Part shown: positions 23,351 to 35,882 of the stretch, piece after piece
Layout of the letters: each line of letters opens with the position of its first letter
Position numbering within the stretch: position 1 is the stretch's first letter
The notes under the pieces: generated by a model
The model's database searches: none
Seen by the model: only the letters and a program-made list of their open reading frames with translations
What the model was told of the DNA's origin: nothing
Program-made: the position numbers and the translations under genes
NCBI GenBank assembly: GCA_907165135.1
Contig: OU015568.1
Coordinates: 15,573,208-15,637,207 of the forward strand
DNA: 64,000 bases
From: Oikopleura dioica
Lineage: Eukaryota; Animalia; Chordata
Direction: 5' to 3'

Positions 23351-23454
23351 TGGTAGTGTGGGGTTATCATTTGAGCAACCCCTAACCCTAAACCTAACCC
23401 AGGGGGCTCTTAAGAGTTCCCAGTCCCTAAGTTAGGGCCTTACCCTAACCACTA
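23351..23454. mobile_element. Family-G small element with CTAACC motifs
   Basis: GTAGTGTGGGGTTATCATT start homologous to the end of 26610-26860; CCTAACC tracts. Confidence 0.5.
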
Positions 23455-24292
23455 TCCCAGATTCTAGAGATATTGGATAGCTCGAAGGATAACCCCTCTC
23501 TTCGCCTATTTTTGTACTCTCCGGTACTCATAATTTATCAGAGGCCGAACACTTCCCCTGATAGCCGCCCTTGATTGAGTAAAATGGAAACGTCAACCGA
23601 GAAACATCAAAATTTCATGATAATACGTCAAATCTTCCTGTGACATTTTCCGCTCTTCCTTTATCATTCAACTTGCTAACCAAAAGTACACAAAGATAAT
23701 TTGTTCTTTAGCGGTCCAAGTCGGCGGAAATAGCAAAGTCGAGAGGCTGGGACGATTAGCATTCGTAAAAAAGGAACTTGCGATTCAGCAAGAAACGAAA
23801 AAAATGTCGCCATTCGGTCATTAAAAGATCGGGCATTTCCGGCTCGTTATTTTTTGGCCTCGGAAGTAGCAGAACTGTTCATTTGGTAAATATCACTAAG
23901 CGGTTTAGAACCTAACGGTATTCTAGTGCTAGTTATAATTCCTTTCCAGAGTATAAATTTTTAGAGAAAATTTTCCTTCCGTTAAAACGCCAAGTTCGGA
24001 GGTACCGCCTGCTAAGCCCAAATACCCAAACTACTCGTGCAGGTGATTAGCTTCTTTTCGCTTTCTTCCGCTTTTTTGTTGAGTTGAAATTGACAAAATT
24101 TCAAAAATGCGCTTGAATTTTATTCACGTTTCTAGGTCAAAAGAGGGGAAAATTTATGCAAGGGTGGCGAAATTGCTTGACAGCCTTTACGCATTCAGAA
24201 ATCGCTAATTACCAGCTCTATTCCAATTCGATATTACGGACATAATCAGCTTAGAATTTAATAAAACTGGTTCTTTGACAACTTTGTCTTAA

Positions 24293-24423
24293 GGGGGTCC
24301 CCCACGATTTTTTCGATTTTTGAGCGCCAGTCGAAAATGGCCAATTTCGGAAAAATCGCTAGGGGCCCCCTTAAGGGTGTCAACATTGACCGAGGCAAAA
24401 TGGCAAAATCGATGTTGACACCC
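24293..24423. mobile_element. Two tandem TTAA-flanked mini elements (24293-24370 and 24375-24423)
   Basis: TTAA-GG...CC-TTAA-GG...CC-TTAA; each unit has its own TIR; partial copy of unit 2 at about 51767-51797. Confidence 0.8.
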
Positions 24424-25996
24424 TTAAGGATTATGTCAAAGGAATTGTCATAAAGGCTAGATAAAGACAGTTTTCTTTTCGAGCAAGAATATCGTAAAAG
24501 AAAGGGCGGAAGAACGGATTAACCCCCCTTGAGCTTTGGTGAATAAGGAGAGCAATTAAAATATTTTGAATTTGTGTGATATATTATTTGGTCGGCCGCG
24601 GAGCACCGAGCGATCTCGATGTAAATAATTGCGTTGGTCTGAACGCTGTATTATACAAATTTGAATCATCCCTCGTTCCCTGCTTTCTCTTTCGGGAAAC
24701 TTCAGTATTGAAATCTTGGGGACTTGGAGTTCACTTAGAGGCGGCGCTTTTATCCGCAACAGGTTGCGGTACCACTTTGGCTTAGCCAAATTTTGGACGA
24801 GAGGGGATTTTTCATAATTTCATCGAGTGCTCGCCTTGATCTTATGAGTAGCTGGACCCTTAACTTGCAAGATCCAGGAGTTAGAGAGAGGGGCACGGGA
24901 ACTGCTAGGTCTGTAATTTTACACTGAAATTAAAGATGGAAAATTTTTCAAAAGACAGTTTCAAGCAATATATTTTCTAATTACTTTCTAGGAAAGGTAG
25001 CCCCTTAAGACATTGACGAAGAGTGATCTCCACCTGGCACGCCTCTCCGAATAATTCTAGAGCCCTTAGAAGATACAAAGTACCCACGGGCCGGTAATAG
25101 AACGCGCCCAACAAACCTTGAACTCGGCCGTGAGCTGAAGTTACTGCCGTAAATCCGGACTTGCACTAAGTTTAAGAAGGCTTAGGTGCATTAAACAAAG
25201 CTCAAAGCTCAATCATAGCATTCGCAGAGACCTCCTTCCTATTCTATAGAAATACTATTATAAAGTTCGAATTTCCGGCTTTTCAAGTGTCTTTCACATT
25301 TTCCCTTCTTTGCTTTTTAGACAAAAAATACTGGTATAATAATAATGGTATGCAATAGTAATAATGATCATTTAATTAAATAATCTCAATCTTTGATTAT
25401 TGACAATATTGTTCCCCGACCCCTAAGCTTCTTTGCTATTGTCATATAACGAAATTAGATTAAATTAAATTGTCTATTCGCAAAACTTTCTTAATGGCTC
25501 AACAAGTTATGGCAAAACACAGCCACATTGTCTCCAATAGAAGGGGGCAGGACGGTATGTTCGTTTCAAAATGACTCGATTTTATTTCTAATGAGAAATA
25601 AAAAGAGTGAAAATCTGGCGCATGTAATACCAAAATTCCAGCGCTGGTTGATAACATATTAAACTTTTTTTTCATCAGCGGGAAATTTGGAAATTGCTCG
25701 CATTCCAACATGATTATTACGTTTTATTTTCTCTCAGTCGATTTTCGAACTCTGGGTTTTTAACTTACCGATTTCTTTGAAATTTTTTCTTATCAAAAAA
25801 TTGATAAAAATTGGATTCTTCTTTGTTTCTGATTTCTTCTTCTTTTTAAAAAATCTCTTTTGTGTTTTTTTAAAAAAATGTTTTTTTAATTTAAAAAAAA
25901 GTTGTTAAAAATGAAATTGAATGTAAAATGTACACGTTGGATTCGGAACGTATTGGCCGACTTATCGGTTCTTCTCAAAAGGGAGGATGACGAGAT

Positions 25997-26260
25997 CACG
26001 AAAATGGCGCAAGTTGGATGGGCCATTTTTGCGCCCGCGAGTGCCACCTGAGCAGCGCGGAGCGGTCTAGGTGGCGCGCGCGAGTCGAAGCACGCGCGCG
26101 CTTGTAGGGGTGCACCGTGATCGATAGAGAGCTTTCACGATTATGCGTGCCCCCTATGTTGCTAACGGCGAACGTTACCGACCACTGCCGCCCGGCGTTT
26201 CTGCTGATTCCACTTACTGGAGACAACGCTGCTACTTTTGTATAACGATGTTTGCGCAAA
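25997..26260. other. GC-rich multi-hairpin island (candidate structured ncRNA or promoter)
   Basis: At least four consecutive stems in an otherwise AT-rich region; no known RNA family recognised. Confidence 0.4.
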
Positions 26261-26609
26261 ACAAAAGCGACTTCAGAATCGAATTTATTATTAAATAAAT
26301 CAAGTCAATGCTAAATTTCTAAGCAAAATCGTACATTTCAATTGAACTCTTTTTGTTTGTATCAAATTAATATTTCCGGATCTTATCATGATCCCTGGTA
26401 AATTACAAGAATTAATTTTAATCCAGTTATTTGTGATCACGATTGTTTTTTGGAACTATCATAATTTCTTGGGATTTATATTTGATTGCTACATTGAGCG
26501 ATCGTATTATGATTACTTTTTGTCTAATAACAAGGAAAAATAACAAGCAATGGAGACATTTATAACTTATAAATTATAAGCTTATATAAAACAACAAAAT
26601 TCTCAGACT

Positions 26610-26860
26610 GTAATAGGGGTTACCGTTCAGCCGGCCTCTTACCCGGGGCCCCCTTAGACGCTAAGGCTTAGACCTAAGGCGGCGAACAGTGTCCAAGTTC
26701 CTGTGCCATCTGCTACTAGTTGCCGCCTAAATGCGACCCTCGCGACAACTAGTAGCAGTGAAACGGACCCTAACCCTAACCAAGACGAGGGCTCAAACGT
26801 ACAGGCGTAGGGGTTAGGTTTAGGCCTAAAGGGGCAGCCCTAATGATAACCCCCTACTAC
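26610..26860. mobile_element. Family-G MITE with an internal 13-bp hairpin and telomere-like hexamers
   Basis: TIR GTAATAGGGGTTACC / GATAACCCCCTACTAC; CTGCTACTAGTTG...CAACTAGTAGCAG; CCCTAACCCTAACC. Confidence 0.7.
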
Positions 26861-27499
26861 CGTAGCCCCTGGGTAAGCGGCTGTCCGACTTTAGGACCGA
26901 TAACCCAAATCATCCTAAAAAAGGCATTTTGATAATAAGATGATGTTTTTTTCTGATGAATAAATATTGGTTGTATTTTATATATTTTTGGAAACCACCT
27001 TATTCTATTAAATTTTTTTGCATTCATGAACCTCTTGTTTTTAGTTAACTCCATCGAGATAATTTAAAAATAGTTATTCTAGCTTGGTACTATTAAATCT
27101 CTCCGTCCAAAATCACGATTGACAAAACACTCGTCAATTTCTACTCGTTTCAAGTAAAATTGTTTTCTGAAATATAAACGCGTTCTAGCAGCGGTTTTCG
27201 GCGTTTCGATCAAAACAGAATTTAGGGCGGATTTCTTGGCAGCGCCGTTTTTATAAATCGCAATCGCATAAATTGTTACATGCTAATCCGCTCGGCATTA
27301 CGCTCAAAAAAAGGTGACTACAGCTTCCGAGAAGCTAAGACGCTCCCCTCATCCAGACGTTACCCGCAAATAAGCACCTCGAAGGGTGAGACTTTTTCAA
27401 CTCGATTTCATGCTGCTGATTTACGGAAGATTTACACTTTCACTCTTTTCGGCTCTTCCGGGATAACGACTTTTCGGGCGAAATACAGTGTTTCTTCTT

Positions 27500-27726
27500 C
27501 TTAGCTCGAAAACCTGTATAGAAAGCCTGAGTCAGTTTGCAAAAGAATTGAAATGAAAAGCCGCTACGAAGCCGCAAAGCGGCTTCGCTGAATTATCTTC
27601 CCAATCCTTTCTAAAATTATGGCGAAGCCGCTTCGCGGCTTCGTTTCTAAAAAGCCGCTACGCGGCTTTTCAATCAAATTCTTTTAGAACCTGACTCAGG
27701 GTTTCTACACAGGTTGTCGAGCCCAG
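27500..27726. mobile_element. Family-A MITE
   Basis: Family TIRs and hairpins; TSD not clear. Confidence 0.88.
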
Positions 27727-28149
27727 TTTTCTTCCCTTCTTGCCCGTTTTGAAAAGAGAAAACCGTGAGCAACCGGTAGCCCCCACTTTGTCCAGCTAAA
27801 CCCCGGGCGGCTTATAAAAATCGCACCTCAATAGAAATTGAACTCTAGTTAAGCTTATGGGCCGGAAAGAACCAGCGCATCAGAGGCCGGTAATCTGCCA
27901 AGTCACCATAACTTGTGAGCTCGCTGACGAGCCAATCTCGTCAACCCAACCTTGATTTTGCATTAGCTCTAATTCCACTACAAAACGCCCCGACGGATCA
28001 ATTTCAGCATAAATTCGAATTCTTCTGTTTTTAAACTAGATTTTTTACAAATGGTTTTCAAAAATAGAAATTCTGCAATAAAATTTTGACTCGAAAAATT
28101 TTTTCTTTGAAAAAAGAGCGAAAGTGAAAATTTTCGTATTCGGGTGAAG

Positions 28150-30390
28150 TTATTTCTGATGAGCCTGGGATGAGCTCACGCGTTTCCCATGCTACTTATA
28201 AGATGCTCAGGGTGCTAGAGTAATGCCGAGATGAGATGACTGGCGACGGCTGAGCCGGAAACAGCCGCCAGACGTGGTCCTTGACAGCTTTCAGGAATGT
28301 TCTATCCAGCTCTCTCTTTGCTGCTGTGGGTTTTTGAGGCTTGTGCATTTCTTCATCTGTCTACCAGTAACTTGGACCGTATTCTACCGCGATTCTGAGG
28401 TTAAACACCGGTAGAAAATTGAGAAGCCGCTCGCGGCTTCGAGAAAAATGAGACGAAAAAGCCGCGCTTTGCGCGGCTTACGCTTTTTTACTCGAAGCCG
28501 CAAGCGGCTTCTCGATTCTCAGCCGGTATTTTACCGAGAATCGCGGTAGTAAGTACTATATCAGGATATATCTATTTAGAAAGTCTGCTAGACACAAACA
28601 AGAGATTTCCTAGTTAATCTTTTTCTATGAAAAATAATTCACGAAACAGCTTCTAGTTTGAAAATATTCCAACGAAGATCAAGCTAAGATCAGAAGGCTG
28701 TTCAAAAACAATATGAGTCAATGTCGTCTGCTAGCCTGTTTGGGGAAATTTAATTCATATGCAGCTCTCAATTTGCATTTCTTTTTCGTGAAACTTTTGT
28801 GTCGAAATTGACCATGCTTTGACTGGTTATTCGAATGGTAGATCCGAACTAAGTTTCGCTTTGTGATCCGGGGTAAGCATGGCGCTTTGTTTTCAGTATA
28901 AAAGTAAAACAGGGAAATTAGATTATCTATTTGAATGCAAACAAAACATGCAAAAGAGAGACTTTGCTTGACACCATCTGCTCTTTTTGCCGGTACTTAG
29001 TACTAAGTAGCCGGTAAATTGATTAATTGCGCATTTTCGCGGGAAAAATAATTGATATCAAGAAATTACAGTGAATTTCTAGCTAAATCTATGTCGAAAA
29101 AGTAAGGGAAGTTTATTCTAAGAGCATAAACAGACAGATAGAAAGATAGAAGGTCACATGAGAAACAGCTGATAAGGGAGAAGAACGGGTCATTTGACCA
29201 GGTCTTTAGCCGCTTGAATCGTTTTGTTAACTTTTCGCGAGGCCGAGCGCAAACTTTGTCGGAGTTTACTTCCGCGGCTTCCATCTCGAGCGATAAGGTC
29301 CTAGAATACCACGTGATAGTGAAAACATCTGATAAAAGCGTAGAACTGTTTCTTCTCTCTGAAGTCCTTTTTAGAAAACCCCGTGGTTGAGTCAAGTTAG
29401 CTTAATCTCATTCAATCAACTTTTATTTTTATCATTCTAAGTTTACTTTATTCCAACGTTATCACTCCGTCAAATCCCCCATGCGGGGGATCAAGGACGA
29501 AAATCATTCTATCCTTTACCGTTTACAACTGTACCTACGATTTAATCTCAAGGCAAACTACAGTTTATTCCCTTTTTAAAATTATTTTACTACTGTATTT
29601 CAAAGCGATAATTTATCATAATAACGAAAGAAGCCTTATCGTAGCAGCTAGTCATATCAGAACTAGTCATAAAAAATATCACGACTTCTACGCAAGCAGA
29701 AATTCATCATAATTGCGCAAGGCAAAACAAGGCAAAACTACTCGCAAAACAAATGATATCTGATCATTTCAGCTTTGCTTGTTAATTTGAACGGAATTAT
29801 GATAAATTCTTGTAGTGTAGAAGGCGTGATTTTCTAAATGAATAGTTCTGCCATGACTAGAAGTAACGAGAAGCAAAAGAGGCACTGTAATTTTGCCTTC
29901 TCGTTGACATCCAGGCATAAGAAAATATCTCTAAAATGGAGCGAATCGAAGATAAATCCCGCTGTTCTAAAAACGGAGTCAAAGAAAGACATCCGGATTT
30001 ATTTAGGACCGCGTAAACCCAAATGATACGGTAGCGAGCAGTCTCCTCGTCAGACCTCCTTTTCGTCAATGGTCTGACTCTAAATAGAGCCGGAAACGAA
30101 GGACTTCCAAAATGGGACTCTCTTTAAAAGTGACTTACGTCATCGTCTGTCTCGTCGTTTTCAAATGCAAGTCGGTAATTGGCGGCCGAGTTGTCCCAGG
30201 CTAGGTCGACCGATTGCATATCGCACTCGTCGAGGTTAACTATGCTGAGCGGGATAAGCAGAAAACGATAATTTATGCGATCGAAAAAATAGCTCAATTG
30301 ACCCGCCATTGATGTGACGAATGTTTTTTTAAAAGCTGAAGTCGTCAATTCCGGGTGGAAGTAATGACTCGTATGAGTTCGATTCATGAA
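28150..30390 (-). CDS. Probable exons of an unidentified gene
   Basis: Open segments with splice-like ends (LDECDMQSVDLAWDNSAANYRLAFENDETDD|gtaagt; EEMHKPQKPTAAKRELDRTFLKAVKDHVWRLF); no family recognised. Confidence 0.3.
28384..28549. mobile_element. Family-C palindromic MITE
   Basis: TIR CTACCGCGATTCT / AGAATCGCGGTAG; three AAGCCGC...GCGGCTT hairpins inside. Confidence 0.75.
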
Positions 30391-31992
30391 CTTTTTGGTC
30401 GATCAAAACTCGGAATCGACGATTTTATGATAAATTATGGTCAGAGTGGCTGCATTAGGTAGCTGATTTTATTGGAGAAAACCATTGTTTCATGTTTAAT
30501 TACTCTAGCTCGATTTTTAATTTACCGAAAAATTTATTTCCAAACAAAAATTCTCATGATTATGGTTTTTCAATGAAAGTGCGTAGAGATCGGTCTATTC
30601 CATATCCCTTCCTATTCCTTATCCAGGCGGAGCCCCCTTCCGGCAGCTCCATGGAAAGGTTATTCTGTGGGTGAGGTTTTTCGTCTGAACATTTTCGATG
30701 AGTACAGATCATTGAGATCATTAAGAAAAAATAGACTTGTGGAAACAAAATTCTTCTAGCAGTAAAAGAACTCTTATTACCCGGTACTAGAGAACTATTT
30801 GTGGTTACTACAGCTTCCTTCTTGCGGATTTACACTAACAGGGGTCCATCTCCGCAGAAAACTGTTGACTTATTAAAAAACGAGATGAATTCGGAAGGGC
30901 CCAGCTGCGGGGAAAATCCGCTCCTGTTTGTTCCACCAGCTTCGGATAATTTTGCTAAAACCGCACGTCAACCCAGACATTTTCTTTTCGCCTTCTTTGT
31001 TCGTTATTTTCAAAATGACTAGCCTTGAGTTCAACTTTCAAAATCCTTTTAGCTTAGTTTTCAAAGCTCAGGTCAACGAAAAATCATCTTTTTTTACGAA
31101 CAACCTTTATTTCTTTTCAAAAAGTTGAACCCCTTAAATCCATTTCTATTTCAAGCTTCTCTTCCAAAAATTCACGGGACGGGATCTTGCATTGTTTGCC
31201 ACTCATTTTTTATTTGCTTCATAACTTCGTCACGCAAACAACAAACTTCGATCTCGCCAGATTCATTTGCCAAGAAGAAAAATAATATTTTCACGTTATA
31301 AAGATGCTCAATCCAATTACAAGCAGACTCAGTAATCCGACCATAAGTTGCAGTTCTCCTGATCGCGGTCCTGAACTCAGCCTAGGCGATTTTAAGCTCT
31401 ATTCGGGGGCAAAACTGAACAAACCCTAGGATGAAAATAAGCATTGAAGGAAGTGAAAATCAGAACAAATAAGAGTAGCGCTCATTTTTGCGCATATTCA
31501 ATGAGTTAAAAAAAGGCCAAAATAATCAAGCGACTTCCTTTTGTACTCTAGAAACAAGGTTGACGCTACTCAGGTCATTTCCTCCACTCACGTGGTACTT
31601 TTTGTTATTTAACGAACGCATTCTGGGCCGAGCTCTCTTATCTAGGCAGCAAGTTTAACAGGCGAGAGGCACTGAAAATCACGTGCCAAAAAGTTGTGAC
31701 GTAGACAAGATCGGCTAACCTAGTGATTTACAGGAACCTGAGAAAGAGCGGACGACCAAATATTTTGCAAAAATTCCAAACAAGGCTGCACAATGTACAT
31801 ACAGTTCTGGTAGCAGGACTTGGATTATCCAAGGCTGCTATTTAATTAATGAACTCGTGAATGCTCTTGCCCAAACCCTAAGGACTTAACCAATTTATGG
31901 AAGCGCATTTTTGGATTACCAATAAGATTGCTTAATTTGGCGTACCGGCCAATCAAAAACCTGATCTATAAGATCACTTCCGTTGATTGGTT

Positions 31993-32025
31993 AAACCCAA
32001 CCCAACCCTAACCCTAACCCTAACC
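31993..32025. repeat. Short interstitial telomere-like tract (CCCTAA)n
   Basis: AAACCCAACCCAACCCTAACCCTAACCCTAACC. Confidence 0.8.
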
Positions 32026-33992
32026 ATAACTGAAGAAGTTTTTTGTAATTTATTATTGAAAAATCGTTAATTTTAAATATTTTTTTGAAAAATAATAATT
32101 TCAGTTTTTGGCAAAAATTTTGGCGTTTTCTCGGGAACGTTTCTTATGAAGTTATTTAATTGGTATTTGTGTTTGTTTAGGGCGTCATTTATTAAATTAA
32201 AGATGTTAATGGAAGGGCAATGAGTGAAATTGTTGATAATAAACATGTTCCAATTGCAGCTTTTTTCTTGCAGCGACAGTAGAAATGGCAGAAAAAGGAG
32301 GGCCAGGGAGGAAAGGATCGAGATGATTGAATATGTCTTTAGTTTGATTATTATGACTGAGAAGTAAAAGCTGGCGTAATAAACGCGACGGAAGCTGCTT
32401 CGAGTGGCTTTTCATTTTCAAACAAGGCCGGGGATGATTGGAAGGCCGGGCATCTGCGGCGCAAACAACTCGCCAAGTTTGTTCAAAAGCTAAACACTTT
32501 ACGTTTGTCAATTAACTGGATCAGCCACGTGACGCCCAGCAGAAGCTGAGATGAGCTGGCACGAGCGAATTGAGCCAAACAAACATATTGATAAATTTAA
32601 TTTTCTAGCTTCAGCTCAAATCGCAAATCCCACTATTCTCGATGCTACTTTCGCACTTTCGTTTGAAGTCATTTTTGACGAAAGAGCGATTCTTCTCTTT
32701 GTTTGAGAATTTCATGCAAATTACATTATTCGCGCTTTGTTAATTTGAAAATGAAAAACAAACTGATAGTAATTAGAGTTGCCCTCTAAAGAGCACTTTT
32801 TCATAGAAGAGCTGAATTTTTACGCTTGCGATTGTTTTGGAAATTACACTTTTCGAGGTGGTTAATTTGTAAATCGAAAAATAAATCGACAGAACTATCA
32901 TTTTTTAGAAAGAAGAAAGTCCGAATGGTAAGTTTGTTCAGTGACCGAGGCTTAGTTTGAGCTTATTAAATAAGTTGACCATGCTTATACCGCGGTCAAT
33001 GGCGAATGCAAACCGCCATATCTCTAGGATTATCTTGTGGTCACAGCCAATGTCACGTTTCCGTATTTTACGAAATGCGCTTGAACTGTTCCTGACTACC
33101 AGTATGAGCAGGGTTTGACTGAGTTCAAGAACAGGAACAAGTTTCCAGCGTCTATTTTTAGAAACAGTACTTGAGCAAAAAGAAAATGTTTCAAAAAGCC
33201 TCTTATTTGAATGAAAAGAGGATTTTGAAGTTATTTCATGAAAATTTGAAACACGAAATTACAAATTTTCTTCGGTTAGAAAACGGCTTCTATTTGCTGT
33301 CTCCCAATTTCGCGGTGATGTTGAACGGACTGTCTGCCAGACGAGAACAGAGCTATCCGCTTTACACGCCGCAGAATTATTCGATTCACAGAGTGTCATC
33401 TTTGTCGACAAGTTACAACTTATGCAATCGCTTACTCGAACACTTCTGATTAAAACAGCTCATCTCACGGTCAGGGTTCTAAACGGACATGTCCGTGTAC
33501 GGATTTTATCCGTGTCTGTCCGGTCTTATCCGTACGGACAGACTAGACTTTTAGTCTTTTGGTTGAGGAAAAACGGACAGCCTAGACCGGACTTTCGTCA
33601 CGATCCGGACAAAATCCGTATTTGTCCGTATCCGTCCGTGGAATCCGGACAACTCCAGACTTTTGTCCGTGTCTGTAAAATCCGGGCAGAATCCGAAAAA
33701 GTCCGTAAAAACGCACGATTTGAGCTCGAATTCGTCTTGAACCAATGTGATTTTTCGTTAGAATAAGCCAGGTTGTCAGTTAAAAATTAAGAAATATCAA
33801 AATTTTTGATTTTTTGCCGGAAAATATCGATAATGATTTTTAATAAATAAGTCTTTTTGAAGTTGTCAAGCCGGAACTTTGAGGACCGAGTCTCAAGGAA
33901 AATTGGTTAAATATAGAATATTAGGTCCTTCATTGTTCCGCTAATTAATTGCGAGTCCTAATTTGCCAGTGTTGCAAATTTATTGAGCTGAG

Positions 33993-34193
33993 CAAGGCTG
34001 TTGATTCCGGGTCCTTTCGGATTACCCGCGACTAAAAAAACCATTTAGGTGTTAATTAATCTCACAAAAATATTTTCACCTAAGATAAGGCAGCCCGAGT
34101 AATTATTGTGAAGCGTAAAAACGCGTAAAAACTCGCGGGTTACCCGGAAAAAAGTCGCGGGTAATTTGAAAGGACTCGAAATCAACAGCCCTG
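33993..34193. mobile_element. Nested hAT MITE (201 bp) with ACCCGCG motifs
   Basis: Imperfect TIR of about 41 bp starting CA(G/A)GGCTGTTGATT, perfect TSD GAGCTGAG. Confidence 0.92.
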
Positions 34194-34277
34194 GAGCTGA
34201 GTGAAATTAGCAATCTTTCAGCTTGAGCTGAAGCAATATTCGGAAAAAGCCAGCTCAAGGTGTAGAGGGGTCAGCGG

Positions 34278-34389
34278 CTGGCCTCGGAATTCTGACCTGT
34301 CTAAAAACCTGAAACAGGTCCTGTTTCCTGTTTTGCAAATGGGCCAAAAAATAAAATCCCTATTCCTGTTTACAGGATTCCGAGGCCAG
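34278..34389. mobile_element. Nested 112-bp MITE with CTGG termini (related to family A)
   Basis: TIR CTGGCCTCGGAAT / ATTCCGAGGCCAG, perfect TSD GTCAGCGG. Confidence 0.9.
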
Positions 34390-35489
34390 GTCAGCGGGCG
34401 GGCTAGCCGCTCAGTTATTTAGCTCTATCATTTCGAGAGAACTCAGCTCAGACCAATGATTTCCTTCACAAAGCCAGCTTTAGTCAGCATGGATAACACC
34501 AGCTCTAAAAGGCGTTTGCTCAGCCCAGCTTGCTGACATCAAGAAAAGGCAAGGTCAGCTCGGTTTAGCATATTTTCATACAGCTTAGCTCAGCTTTGAG
34601 AAATTTTCGAAGGTCAGCTTCAAAAAGCTCGTAGGCTACGAGTCGTAACTAAAAAATCGTTTTGAAAGTTCTAGTTTGACACCTTCAAAAAGACAGTTCT
34701 CTTACACGAGAAAATCATTCACTTCTCTTCAAATAAATTTTTATCCATTCCGAGACGAGCTTGTTTAAACCAACTGATGCTGAGCTAAGCTAGCAAATTG
34801 ATAAAGTCTTTGGGCTGAGCCTAGCCTCTTCTGAAAAAAAGCAGTCGCTCATTAACCCTCTCTTGTCCCAGGCCAGTCCCTTGATCTTGTAAAATTGTCT
34901 TGAGAAGAACTCGATTTTTCGATGTATTGTCTGTCCAATTTATTTGTAAATAATTTTTCTTTGGTCTTCTCGGGTTTATTTCGATAAAAATTAGTTTTTC
35001 CCATGAAATTTTACGGACATTTACGGACAAGACAGACTAGACCAGACTTTTTCTTTAAAAAAAATATGTCCGGATTATACGGACAAAAACGGACTAAAAC
35101 GGACATGTCCGGGACTAGACCGGACAAAAATCCGTTTTTTCGATCCGGACACGGATAGACTAGACTTGGGATTTTGTCGGAGGGCACGGACACGGACAGA
35201 CTAGACTTTCAGATTTTGCGTCAAATTTAGAACCCTGCTCACGGTCATGGTGTTCGCTAACTCGCTTACCTTACTGTCCATGGTCAAGCATGCCGGCAAA
35301 GCCAATTGCTTGATAATGAGCTGCATTTTTTCTATTTGGCGCTTCAAGTTCACGTTACTTCAACAAACTTGCAAAAGCATAATCCCCGCAAGCTCGGATT
35401 TGAGTCAGGCGGACACTCCCTTTTCAAATTGAAAACTTTTCAATATAATTTTTTCTTTATCAAAAATTCTTCGAAAAGACTCAATTTTA

Positions 35490-35882
35490 TAAGCTAAAAC
35501 TGAGCTCAGAATTGTTTTTTGAGCTGAGCTAGGCGACTTATTGGCTCAGCGAATTCGAGCCGAAACTGACCTCAACTCAGCTCAGTCGTCCTTTGAAATG
35601 AGCCAGCTCAGCGTAGCCTAGCTTAGCCCAGTTCGGCTAGCTCAGCTCAATAATTTGGAAGAAAGTCTGCTCGGCTCAGTTCATTTGTGGCACAGAAAAT
35701 CAGCTCAATTGAATCAACTGGCTCAGTTTCTAGCAAGCTAAGCTCAGCTCAGCTAAGAAATTCTGAGGAAATGTTGGTCTCAGACTAAGCTGCTCAGTTT
35801 TTATCACAGCTCGGCAGGCTTAACTCAACTCTGCTCAGCTCAATAATTTTCAGTCTGATTTGAGCTCAGCTCAGCTCAATTT
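35490..35882. repeat. GCTCA(G)-rich array, probably the remnant of a family-F hAT element
   Basis: Same pentamer as the MITE at 50906-51273; no termini found. Confidence 0.6.

Larger units (their letters stand above)
33472..35237. mobile_element. Non-autonomous hAT element (1766 bp) with CGGAC/GTCCG subterminal arrays, containing nested MITEs
   Basis: 12-bp TIR CAGGGTTCTAAA, perfect 8-bp TSD CTCACGGT. Confidence 0.93.

Noticed and set aside
25990-26010. U1 snRNA (GATCACGAA loop; CCACTTACTGG at about 26211)
   Set aside because: The motifs are in the wrong order and spacing, and there is no ATACTTACCTG 5' end or Sm site.
26767-26782. Telomerase RNA template CTAACCCTAAC
   Set aside because: It lies inside a TIR-bounded repeat and similar tracts occur at six places; no pseudoknot or H/ACA box was seen.
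33422-33766. Transposase remnant in the hAT element
   Set aside because: The ORFs come from CGGAC subterminal arrays; no BED finger or DDE motifs.
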